Assembly (NCBI RefSeq): GCF_009914755.1
Contig: NC_060942.1
DNA: 64,000 nt
Origin: the human T2T-CHM13v2.0 reference genome, Homo sapiens
Strand: one strand, 5' to 3'
Both the position numbers and the translations under genes were made by a program. The notes beneath the pieces are model-generated. The model made no database searches, had not been told where the DNA came from, and saw nothing but the letters and a program-made list of their open reading frames with translations. Positions 31,135 to 44,057 of the stretch are shown piece by piece (position 1 is the first letter of the stretch; each line of letters begins with the position of its first letter).

Positions 31135-32009
31135 GCTTGAAAAAAAATTAAGAAGTTTATAAAATTAACATTATCTTAGTACGTGACCTAAGAAAAACTT
31201 CAAATCACTTTTTTAAAATGTAACTTTAAACATTTTCAAAACGTTTTAAAATAAGTAATTTTAGTATGTGAGAGAAATATGTTGTAATTCAGTTTCCACA
31301 GGCTAAATTATTTCCCCAAATTATAACTAGAATTTCCAAATCAATTGCTTCTCAACTTGGCAATCAAGTGGATGCCCAAGCATATTCTGAAAGGCTGTTA
31401 ATGTCTCTAAAGTTTTAATCAGTGCTTTATTTGTAATGATGGCATATATTATGAGTGTAATCTGCATTGTCTAGGTACATTTGTAACGCAATACAGTCAC
31501 TCAGTTTTAGTGCGTTTATTTGCATCTGGACCTGGGACAACATTTTCACCCAGTGAGACCCCAATTATCTCAGTAGTAGAGTAGCTGATGGTTACAATAA
31601 ATTTACAAGGATAATTGCAATGAGTATGGTGGTATGGCTTACCCTGGTAAAGGCATGTGGAGATAAGGAAAAACCGCCATGTTTTAGGTAAGTAAGCTTT
31701 TGGACTTTCTTAGCAATAATTTCTGAATATTTAATAAAGTGCTTATGTTTCTAATGTTAGTAAGTAATTTTATTATATTACCATTCATTACATATTTTAA
31801 TAAAGTTGCAATATTAACAACAATAACAAAAAATCACAAAGTTATCAAGTAAACTTCATTTAAAATGGCATTCAGGAATTGCTTACTGGTAGAGTTTGGT
31901 AAAATCTGACATCTGATTTTTCCCAACAATTAAACAAAGCCTTAAAGTTATTGGTAATATTTATACAAAAAAAACCCTTCTCATTCTCAGAATAGGTATT
32001 CTTGATATA

Positions 32010-33590
32010 TTTACATTTCAAATTATACTACAAAGCTATAGTAACTGAAACAGCATACTACTGGCATAAAAAAAAAACCAGACACATAGACTGATGGGAC
32101 AAAATAAAGAGCTTAGAAATAAATCTATATACTTCTAACACATTCAACAAAGACATGAAGAGCATACATTGGTGTAAGGACATCCTCTTTAATCAATGGT
32201 ACTCGGAAAACTGTATATTTATTGCAGAAGAATAAATCTCGATCTCAATCTTTTACTATATACAAAAATTAACTAAAAATGAATTAAAGACTTAAATGTA
32301 AGACCTGAAACTATGAAACTACTAGAAGAAAACATTGAAAAAATGCTACAGGACATTGATCTGGGCAAAGATTTTTTGAGGTAAGCCCTCAAAAGCACAG
32401 GCAACAAGCACAAAAATAGACAAATGGGATTATATCAAGCTACAATATCTTCTACACAGAAAAGGAAACAAGTAACAAAGTGAGCGGACAACATGCAGAA
32501 TGGGAGAAAATATTTGCAAACTATTTTTCCAACATGGAATTAATAATTAGAATATATAAATAACTCAATAACTCAAAAGACTAAATAGCAAAAACAAATG
32601 ATCTGATTAAAAAATGAACAAAAGACCTGAATAGACATTTCTTAGAAGAAAACATACAAATGGCAACAGGTGTATGATAAAATGCTTAACATTACTAATC
32701 GTCAGGGAAATGAAAATCAATACCCCAGTGAAATATCATCTCACCCTAGTTAGAATGGATATTATTGAAAGAGAAGAAATAGCAGGTTCTGATGAAGATG
32801 GGAAGAAAAGGAAACCCTTGTACACTGTTGGTAGGAACATAAAGTAATGTAGCCAATATGGACATTATGGAGGTTCTTCAAAAAACTGAAAATGGAACTG
32901 CAACATGATCCAGCAATCCACTGCTAGGTATATATCCAAAAGAAAGAAAAACAGTGTATTGAAGAGATATCTGCACTCTCATATTTATTGCGGCACTATT
33001 AATAATAACCAAGATATGGAGGCAACATAAGTGACCATCAACAGGTGAATGGATAAAGACAATGTGGTATATATACATAATGGAATATTATCTAGTCATT
33101 AAAAAAGTGAAGTCTCACCATTTGCAGCAATATGGATGGAACTGGAGGTCATTATGTTAGGTGAAATAAGATAGAGAACAACAAATATCACATGTTCTCA
33201 CTCCCACATGTTCTCATGTGTGGGAGCTGAAAAAGTGCATCTCACAGAGGTAGAGAATAGAATGGTGACTGTTAGAGGCTGGGAAGGGAGTGAGAGAGGA
33301 GGTAGCTGAAGAGAAGTTGTCTAATGGGTAAAAAATACAGTTGGATAGAAGGAATAAGTTGTAGTATTCAATAGCACAGTAGGGAAATTGTAGCTAATAA
33401 CAATTTATTGAATATTCCAAATTACCTAGAAAAGGAAAAATTGTAATGTTCCCAATCTAAAGAAAAGATAAATGTTTGAGGTATAGATATTCCAATTACC
33501 CTAACTTGATCATTACACACTATATACAAGTATTAAAATATCACACACAACCCCAAAATATGTACAGCTATGATGTATCAATAAAAATAC
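32010..33590 (+). mobile_element. L1MA (MA3/4-like) ORF2 3' part and 3' UTR
   Basis: tactacaaagctatagtaac, gacttaaatgtaagacctgaaac, 3' UTR ...cattacacac...tatcaataaaaa. Confidence 0.88.
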
Positions 33591-33914
33591 CAAAAATACT
33601 CCAAAACACAGATTTAATATAGAACTTGCTTCAAAGCTGTATTTTACCCCCATTAGACCCAACATCAGTGATTTAGTATCAGCAAAATACCATGATCTCT
33701 GACAAAGAAATATGTGTTATTAGAATCAATTTTGCCAACTAGCCTTTATCTTATTTGTGCATTTATTTTGTTCATAATGTTGTATAAGAATTATAAGCAT
33801 TTGTTGATTTTGCTTACCTTTATTTTTGCATACCTTACCTTTTATCGTTTTTTCTCAACAATCCATAAATAGGGCATAATTTATTATGTATTTTGTATGT
33901 ATTATGTATTATTG

Positions 33915-34032
33915 TAATTTATTATTTCATTGAGACACTTCTGAATGTGAAAGGGAACAAAAATAATAATTTTTAGGTCAGGCCAGGCATAAATCAGATC
34001 TCTCCTGGGAAAACTGGAATGTATGGTCATTC
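33915..34032 (-). mobile_element. MER94-like hAT MITE
   Basis: gagacacttctgaatgtgaaaggg...aataataat...caggcataaatcag...cctgggaaaactggaatgtatggtca. Confidence 0.6.
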
Positions 34033-35379
34033 AACACAGATAACTCAAGTTTGAAAATCATTGATTTAATCCAGCATTTTGAAATAATCACAATTCATGT
34101 CTCTCACCAACTTCCAGGTGGTTATAGAGCTGGGAATGGTTAAAAGAATGTAGTACAAGCACCAGCATTGATTTCTATTTTGTAAAATAAACTTCCTTTC
34201 ACCAGTATCCTTAACTAATTGAAAGTGTTACACATTAACATTGGAGCTATATGGTAAAAATATAGGTTAGTATTACAAATATATTTGACCACTCACGCAT
34301 GTCACTTGAACATACAATTTCTGAGGTAACTGTTGGACTCAGAGCAATTTAATCCAATCACCAATAGTTTATCTATTTCTCCTTTAATCTTTGATAAAAA
34401 TCTATGATAGATTTCCTCAAACAGTAATTCAATAATGTTTATGACACAAAACTTTTTAGTCCAAGAAAGGAATACGTGCACTTTAGAAGTTATTTCAACA
34501 AGTTTGAAAGCAGGTAGAGAATTCAAGGTAATCAATGACAGACAAGGAAATTCAGGTGGCTGAGACACTTTTCCTTCTTCAATAGCTTTACAGATGATGG
34601 AGGTTTTATTAGAATGTGCTTCACATTTGCTAATGTAGGTCTACGAAAATCACATATTCTAAGGTGATATTTTACTCCTCCTCTCTGTTCCCTATGCATG
34701 CCATCATTAGACACCATTGATACAGAGCCACCTGTGAATACAGCACTCAACCATGCATGGCATTTCTAAAGTAATTTGGAAAGCGATGACAGCAGGTAAA
34801 ATTGGAACACTCCCAGAGGATGCTCATTCTGCATTCAGAGACATTCCAGATATATTTGAAGAGTTTCTCTAATTTGCATTATTTCTAAATACATTTCACA
34901 TACTTTTCCAAGTTTGCTGGCTGTATTGCAATATGCACATTAATATTTAAGCTTATGTCAGGCTTAGATATATGAATTAACTAAAAGGCATAAATTAAGT
35001 GCACATTTATGTGATATTTTATGGAAGACATGTTATTGTGCCTCCCTTAGCTTTGGAATGAGACAAAGACACTCACACAGCTCTTTGCTTGTTGACCCTG
35101 ACATGCCCTGGAGTACCTCTTGCACCTTCCTTAGGCTGTTCGTGACATTAAATAACTATGAGTGGAGTTCAACAAATAAAATTTCAATCAGTTAATTGTT
35201 TAAATCACAATTACATAGCAGGTGTTTATTTTCAGGACTGGGAAAAATATGGGCTTCAAACATTGTTTTTCTAAAATGTTTCTGCTTGAAAATCTGCAAT
35301 TACTAGGTAATCATTACTGCTGAAAGCTACTAATTCTGTCTTTGTACAGTTCTAGAAGTCCTTTGAATATCTCTCTATT

Positions 35380-35792
35380 TATGGTAGGTAAAATTTTGGT
35401 CCCATAGTCTTCGCTCCTTAGTTTTATTCCTGTGCATATGTTATGTTGCATGAGAAAAGGAACTTTGCAGATATAATTAAAGGCAAAAGGGGAAATCAGA
35501 GATTTAAGGCATGGAAAAGGTTCAATGGGCCATGAAAATAAAATAGGGACGTCAGTTCTGCAATCATAAACAACTAAATTCTACCAACAATCTGAAGTAG
35601 ATTATTCCCCACAGTCTCTAGATAAGATTCCAGCCCTGTCAACACCTTGATTTCAGTCTTGTGAGATCCTGAGCAGAGAACACAGTTGTGTCATGCTGTG
35701 CCCAGACGTCTGTTTGACCCATGAAACTACAAGATAACAAATGGGTGTTTTTTTTTGTGATAATTTGGTAAACAACAATAGAAGAACAATAT
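35380..35792 (+). mobile_element. MLT1E/D-like LTR
   Basis: aaaaggaactttgcagatataattaa...caacaccttgatttcagtcttgtgagatcctgagcagagaa. Confidence 0.7.
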
Positions 35793-35857
35793 CTATTAGA
35801 AATATGTGGGAACTTAGAGAGCTTCTTGTTCAACACTCATTTATTCATAGGGAACAT

Positions 35858-36071
35858 TGCTATAGTTTGGCTATAGTTTGTTTAACCTTTCCAAATGTCA
35901 TGTTGAAGGGGCCTAGTAGAAGGTGCTTGTGTCATGGCAGGGGACATCCATGAAAAGATTAATGCCCTCTCTGGGCAGCCAGCAAAATGAGGAGGTGAAT
36001 AAACATTTTTTTTCTTCATAAAATACTGAACAACAGGTATTCCTTTATGGCAACACAAATGGACTAAGACA
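35858..36071 (+). mobile_element. MST-family LTR, internally deleted
   Basis: tgctatagtttgg...gattaatgccctc...caggtattcctttatggcaacacaaatggactaagaca. Confidence 0.75.
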
Positions 36072-36120
36072 AAAATGAAATCCAAGGAAAATAAAATATT
36101 TGTCCAAGACTATAGTTTAT

Positions 36121-36402
36121 TTATTTATTTATTTAGAGACAGGGTCTCATTCTGTCACCCAGGCTGGAGTGCTGTGGCCCCATCATAGCTCACAGCAGCC
36201 TTGGACCCCTGAGCTCAAGTGATTCTCAAGCAGTGCACCACCATACCTGGCTAATTTATTTTTTTTTTAATTTTTAGTTTTTGTTGAGACAGGGTTTCAC
36301 TATGTTGACCAGGCTGGTCTTGAATTCCTGGCCTGAAGCCATCCTCCCATGTTGGCCTCTGAAAAGCACTGGGATTACAGGTATGAGCCACTGTGCTTGG
36401 CT
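36121..36402 (-). mobile_element. AluJ with internal deletion
   Basis: gagacagggtctc...catcatagctcacagcagcc; ~35-bp gap in the right arm; degenerate TSD aagactatagtttat / aaggtcatagtttat. Confidence 0.88.
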
Positions 36403-37594
36403 AAGGTCATAGTTTATAAGTGACTGTCATTTACTGGCTTCCTAATCTTTTATACTACCTTAATTTGTTGATTTCTTCATGAAACTTATTTTTAAAACTT
36501 TTTTTTAAGAAATAAAGAAGGCAAAGAGTTTGAGTGTCCTCCTGCACATAGTATCACTGTTTTTTTTTGGGCTACTCCTATGTACTCAGTACTGTGTTTG
36601 ATACTTTAAATATATTATTTATTTTATACAATTCTGGTATGATATGTATACAAATAAAAATATTGCAAAAATATCTTAAGTATCAAGTCATCTACAGAAA
36701 TTATTTGCTAAAAGTGACTTCAGAAAAAGAAGTTATTACCTTACAATGGAAGGAATCAAGGAAAGTTCTATGGAAGTGGTGACACACGTCCTGTGGATTA
36801 AAAAGTTGGGAGAATATGTTCCATTTCAGCTGCCTTAAGTAGTCTTGAATGCTCACATTTGGACTCTGAGCAGCGTGAAAAATGTCAGCAAGAGTAACTG
36901 ATGCTTGGGATCAGAGCATTTGCTTGAGCATTCCATTCTTCAGCTCTTTAAAATGTCTTTCTTTTATTGATACTCTAATTTGCCTAGCCCTTTAACTTGA
37001 AACCCATATGCTACCTACTCTTGCTTAAATTCCATAACTAAGATCATTAGGTCATCTTTTGTTCTTTCCTGATTACCTTTTGGCATGCCTTCTTCTAATG
37101 ATTTAGACTAAGAATGACATTGCACAACTAGAGGCAATAGCAGTATTTTTGTCTGAGCCAAGAGTAACTAGCAGGGCACAGTGGTCCATGAGGGATATCT
37201 AAAGACAAAATTCAGATAAATTAAAACTGAGGAATGGGTCAATTTCTGGAGGGGCATGGAAAAAAAGAGGATATCATGAATGATGCTTTTACTACAATAG
37301 TTTTATTGTTCTATTCAAACTGAGCATAGGGTGCATGAACATGTAAAATATATGTTATAAAGTTAAGTTGGCATTAGATAGCAGAAGAGCTTAAATAACA
37401 AGTTATGAAATTTGAGAGGTTTTAAATTTATTTATTATAGATATTGGAAAGTGTTTGAATCAATTGCCAGAGAAGTGTGAATCATTGGGAAAGCTACTCT
37501 ACTAGCTATATTTACAAAGAATTGCCTCTTAAGGGAAGTATAAAGGAGGTATATTTTCATGGCAGGAAAGGGAGCTGATATTTATTTGCAAGCC

Positions 37595-38340
37595 TATTGT
37601 GGCAGAAGCTATCAAGTATTTCACAAAATCAATTTTCTCTTGAATCAGTGAGATGTGACCATATGATTAAGTTCCAGCCAATGAAGTAAGTTAATACTGT
37701 GCTTCCCTTCTAGACCCTGCCCATAAAACCTTCCCATTCTCAGGTATTCATGCTCTTCCCAATTCTACATGCTTTTAAATCCTAAGTAAGCTGACTTTGG
37801 ACAACATATATTGAAAAAGTTGGAGTCACAAAATGATCCCTGAAGGACAGCTGCCCGCTAATCATAAACACTTGTTATGGACTATGTGAAGAAAATAAAC
37901 TATCACTTAAGGCTTTTTACTAGTCAGATTTTTCTGAGGAGAAACCTCAACATCCCAGTGTCTTACAAGAGCAAATATCTATTTTTCACTTACATTACTT
38001 GAGGACTGAGGTTTAGTGGCAGTTGTGCCCCAGGCAGGGGTTGACTCTGGATTTATTCAGTGTGTCTTTACAACATGGGGCTGAGGTTGCAGAATACTTT
38101 ATCTGAGATATGCTGTTCTCTTGGCAAAGTGAAAAATTCAAGAATCCTAGACAATGTAGTTAATCACATTTATAGTTGTGTGGCATTCATCACTTCCATT
38201 CATGTTCTACAGGCTAAATAGTCAATGAACAAGCCCCATGTCTAGGCATGTGTGTGGAGTTTTGGGAGTGGTGCTGTTATAACCTTCCAGGAAGGATTTC
38301 CTAGAGTGAGTAATTGAGAACAATAATACAATCAACCATA
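37595..38340. mobile_element. Two adjacent old MLT1-type LTR fragments (+ then -)
   Basis: gtgaccatatgattaagttccagccaatga...aaataaact, then ctgagatatgctgttctcttggca...cacttccattcatgttct. Confidence 0.5.
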
Positions 38341-39019
38341 GAATTTTACATTTTGTGGCTTATTTGTTACAACTTACTTGTTCTAACTAATACTATTAAT
38401 ATAAACACCCTCTGGATTAAAGACTTTTTCATATATGATCCTGACCTTCCACCCCATCCCAACCTATGCCCAAAATGTATTTTAGATATAAATAAACGGT
38501 TGAGGAATATAAAACAATATTCCCAGGAGTATTTACCATATGGAGTAAGAGGCAAAATTCAAGTACAGCCCTGCCTATTTGTTCTAACTAAAAATTTCTG
38601 ATGCCGCACATCACTATACACCATAATTTTCTAACACTGGCCAGTCACCAGGCAGCCTCAGTGCTTCACGTGTAACTTGTGATTGTGCTAGATGATTTGT
38701 AAAGTATCTTCCATATGTCTGAGTCTGTGTCGCTCAATAGGATAGAGAACTGCCAGTATGAAATCCTACCTTCTAAGCTTTGTGGATAACTATAACTGAT
38801 ACATGATGTACAGTTCAGCTGCTTACCCCCTCAACATATTATCCAATTTATTTTATAAAAGATATGAAGCATGCAATGCAGCGCACAGCAAAACATAAGT
38901 TGCAGCAGCAAAGATGCAGCATCTTGTCCTCTCAACTGCACGTGGCATGCTAGAAATTCAGCCACTTTTAAGCAAATGTAACATAATAGCAAGGAAACAG
39001 AAGACAGAGGAAACAGTAC

Positions 39020-39250
39020 AAATGTCTGAATGCTAACATCTATTACACTTTCTCTGTGCCAGGCACCATTCTAAATCCTCTTAATCCATTCTAGTACCCT
39101 GTGATGTAGGCATTTATATTACCTCTTATTCCACAAAAGAGGCCATTGATGGGTAAATTGTTGAAGTGACTTGTCCCCATTCATAAGGTTAGGATTGAAA
39201 TTCAGGCAGTTTGGCTCCAAAATTTATCTCAAACCACCTTGCTGTGCTGC
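39020..39250 (-). mobile_element. MIR
   Basis: ctgtgccaggcaccattctaa...ccctgtgatgtagg...aagtgacttgtcc...ggattgaaattcaggcagtttggctcca. Confidence 0.75.
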
Positions 39251-41378
39251 CAGATGAACATAACCCCAAAAAGAATTTACCGTGTCTTCCCAGATGCTGC
39301 CTTTAAGTAGCACAGCAAGAAACTGCAGAGTCCAGCATTGGAAACATGTTTTCCTATTTTTTTCCCCAGATTTTTCCTTCAAACTTATTTTAGTCCACTG
39401 TCAGATCATATACATTTATTTGCTTAAGTTAAAAAAATTCAGTATCTGCTTGTGAAATGCAAATACCTTTAGTCAATGCATTAAGCTTTTGTCATATAGA
39501 AGTATTTTTCAGTGTAAATGCCATGACAAGAAAAATGCTAATGTCAGGTAATTTAATATACTAGTTGGTACTCAACACTCTTCTCCCCTTACCCTCCTAC
39601 CCAGAACCATCTTCCAGGTAAGTGCTACATCAAAAATGAAGCACTTGACCTGAGAAGTCAAAAGTAGGTGGAAAAGGAGAGGAAAGAGATTCTAGTTAGT
39701 GAAATGGGGAGTAAACTGACAGAGGTAAAGATGTGGAGAACACCCATGGACTTATGAGGTCAGTAGGGTGGAAATGAATCAAGGAGAGTCTTGTTTGGGG
39801 AACACTGTAGCTTAGTTTTCCAGCTGAACCTAAACTGAAGTTTTGCTGAAGCTTTGAAATGATTGGGTACTCTTCTACATCTTCCTCTCCTTTTAAGTTC
39901 TTGTGAATACTCTTCTTGTGTACTGAAGCTTATTAATAATTATATAACTAATATCTCATGAAGCCAGTAAGTTAGTGACTTGAAATTTGACCTACACTCT
40001 TACTTTTGCTCTTTAGTATTCTAGCTGTATAATCTCAAATGGCTAAGTTAAGAAAAGCATTAGTTTTCCTATCTAGATAATAAATGTAATAAAATTTACT
40101 TGAGACAATCAAATAAGATACAGTAATTGCAAATTCGAAAGATTAATTATTGCTAATAATTAATAACATTAATTAAAAATATTATTGCCTGATGTTTTTC
40201 TTCTTATATGAAGTTTTGTTTTAAGTACTCTGTTACTTTTGACCATCATAAAAATCAGGTGCAACGGGGGAGGGGAGAGCTTTTGATATAACATAGCTTG
40301 AAAAACTAGTAAATAAATAAACAAAATTACATTTTTTGGTTTTAGAACTTCAGACAATACATCATAATATAACTAAACAAACACTTAGAAGGCAAGTCTG
40401 GTGTGTGTATTTATATATTCCTAAATGGACCTACCACAATAGGCTTTTTAGAATGTTCTTACAAATTTTAAGAGAGGAAAAAAGAGAAACTTGACCAGAG
40501 AAATAGTTTTATATATACAAATATATATGTATATATGTGTGTGTATACATAAATATATGCATATATTTAAACTATATGTGTACATATATACAAACTTTGT
40601 CTAGTAAGTAGAACTAAAGTTTCTTTGCCTATTTATTGACTAGATAATATATTCACATCTTTCAAAGACTTGAAAATATAAAGTTTTCAGTGAAAATTTC
40701 CCCACTCATTTTTTTTCCTGTCCACCTACTTCCCATTCTCCAGCATGTAAACCATCACTTCTAGTTTTCTGTTTATGCTCCCAGAGTTTTTGTACACATG
40801 CAAGTGTGTGTGTGTGTATTTTTTTTCTTCGTCTATCTTAGAAATATGGGGAAATAGTTTTCTGTGTACTTTGGAGTGCATTCCATATTAAGATGTAAAG
40901 AGATTTTCTGTTCTTTTCCATTTTGAAAAGCTACATTAAGACATTGAATGATGCTAACTTTTTGTTCTTACAAACAATAATGAAATCAATAGTACCATAA
41001 ACTTATTATTTTGAACATATACAGTATAGCTGAAGAAACATTCTGATGAATGAAACGGCTGTATCAATGGTTCCTGCCGGGGGTTGTAGTATTATAGTTA
41101 GAATAGCTGAATACTTAAATATCTATATATTATGTGAAAAACAACATCAGCACTGTATGAATCAGATATTATAGAAAAGGCTTCACCTCAAAAATTAAAC
41201 ATTCAGATAATAAAAGCTTACACACTACATGCCAATATACCAACATTAAAGGTAAATCAGATTGGAAAGCTTTCCAAAGTATATCATAGATTTTGTTGCT
41301 TCTGAGAGTAGACTAGAACATACATAAATCTTCTGCTTACAATCTATTGTCTCAAACTCATCACCAGCAGCCCCCGAA

Positions 41379-41426
41379 ACACACACACACGCACACGCAC
41401 ACGCACATGCACACACGCACACACGC
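41379..41426. repeat. (CA)/(CACG) compound alternating purine-pyrimidine tract
   Basis: acacacacacacgcacacgcacacgcacatgcacacacgcacacacgc. Confidence 0.9.
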
Positions 41427-43748
41427 TCCTAAGTGCTGATTCTCTCACTTTTGTTTCTAAATTAAGTATATCTGAAATAAAACTGAGTGTTTGGCAGCTT
41501 GGGGTTCTGATTTTAATATCCCAAATCTTCTTTTGGCCATTTGGAACCCTTGAGTCAGTCATTCAGTGGCCAAATATCTGGATCTGAATCCTGGAGCCAG
41601 GTGAACTCTAATATCCTTCCTATTTCTGTGCTACAGTGATTCTATAATGCCCCCGAGTCACTCAGTTCAGAATACAAAATTAACTTCATCTCCTTTCTCT
41701 TCCATACACAGATATCCAAAAATTTCTAAAAATTTGTTAAATTCCGTATTTGTAGTATTTCTTAAATTGTGCTTTCTTTCAATCCCACTGCCACTGGGCT
41801 AATTTAAGCCCACATTATTTCTTACGTGTATTTTTGTAATAACTTCCTAAAAACGTACATATTTGCCTTCAGGGATTATCTGTGCATTTCAATTATTCCT
41901 TGTCACTCTTGGTCCCTTAGAACAATGAGTAATTGAGGTTTGCTCATGTAGATGATTTTATGAAATCATGGTTTTTACTCTATATGATATGGATTAATTA
42001 ATAGTTAATATGAAAACAATATTATTTTAAATATTTTGGACTACTAGTAGTCTCTAAATTTGTTAAGTTGATAAATGAAAGTTAATGGCAAGAAGATATC
42101 ACTGAAATACATGCTCTTCAGCAAGAATAAAGAATGTATTATTGTTGGTTCCTCAGGAGAGAAAGAACAATATGATATTATGAAAAAAATCACCTTATAG
42201 AAGAAAGTCAGTGGGAAAGAAATGAAAGTCAGATTAGTTCATATGTGAAAACAGCTGGAAGGCTTCTAGTCAGCTGGATTCTGCAATTTCTAGGTTATTC
42301 CCAAATAGATGTGTGTGTATTTTACGTTGTTTTTAAGTTGTCTCCCACATAAGGCAATGTTAGTGTGCAATAAATGGCTTTACAATTTGAATAGTTATAT
42401 CCATATCTGAAGAAATAATTGTGTTTTTCAAAATGGACAAAGTGCCTAATGTACTGACAATGTCTAGTTGTAATCTGGGTTTTCACTACCTATTTTTCAA
42501 TAAAAATACATCACGAAATGTTAAAATATAGCACTCTTCTCATTTCAAATAATAAATAAACAAATAGTAACGCAGAATGAATAAAGTCACATTGGAGTTG
42601 TAGAGGTGAGCTACAATGTTAATAAAAGATTTGTTTTTGATGAACATGAACTGAGTTTAGTTCCTTATCCTACACTCCCTAATTGTGTGATATAGGAAAA
42701 GTTACTTTATATTTCCAATCTTCAGTGTCCTCATTGGATAATGATAAGTTTTATTCTGTTGTTTTGGGGATATCCAAAATAATGTAAAGCATTTTACCCA
42801 AAGTTTTTCACAATGCTTGTACCATCATTATTATCACCATCATCATTATTTCCTGTATGTTTGAATTACGGTGTTCCATGTCATATATTCTTTATGATGT
42901 GTATTATGTATCCATTCTGAAATTCAGAAAGATTTCATATATATTTGTGTGTGTGTGTGTGTGTGAATATATGGCCCTATAGCCCTGTGTTTGGCCTTTA
43001 GAACCATTTTAACAAAGGTAACACTTCATAATATTCCTTTGTACTTTTTTACATTCATATCTTACCCGTTGTTTTGGTCCCTTATGGGTGAAGATCATGT
43101 ATTGTTCATAGTTAAATCTCAGACAGGTAAAAAATGAAAATAAACCAGTATTAACAGCATCTACTGTTTGTCATACATTGTGTTAAACATTTTGCAGATA
43201 TATTAAGATGAGTGTTCGTAACTTCTCCTGAGGTATGAAAGGTTTAATTAAGTCATTTAAATGATAAAGAGCTGGTAGGCAAGGTTCTGGGTCACACGCA
43301 CAGTTCTCTTCCTTCACAGCATAAAGATTTTTTATGATACCCTTTAACTTCTCCCTGGGATAGAGAGTAGAGCCAAGTACACAATAGACATTCAGTGAAA
43401 ATTTATGGGATAGACAAATAACCTAAGAAATAAAGCCTGAGCTTTATTTGTGTTTTGAATAGTTATAGCCATATCTGAATAAGAAATTATATTTTTTAAA
43501 ATGTACAAAGTGACTATCGTATTGACAATGTCTAGTTATAATCTGGTTTTCACTGTCTATTTTTAAATAAAAATACATTGCTAAAGTTAAAATACAGTCC
43601 TATTCTTATTTTAGATAATAAATAAATCAAAATGAGGAATGGATGAAGGGTAAATCCTATACGAAAACAAATCTTTCACTTGTACTGTTTCTTCCACCTG
43701 CTACATGCTCCTATAATTTCTCCATGTCTATGTCTAAGTTTTTCACAC

Positions 43749-44057
<309 letters not shown>

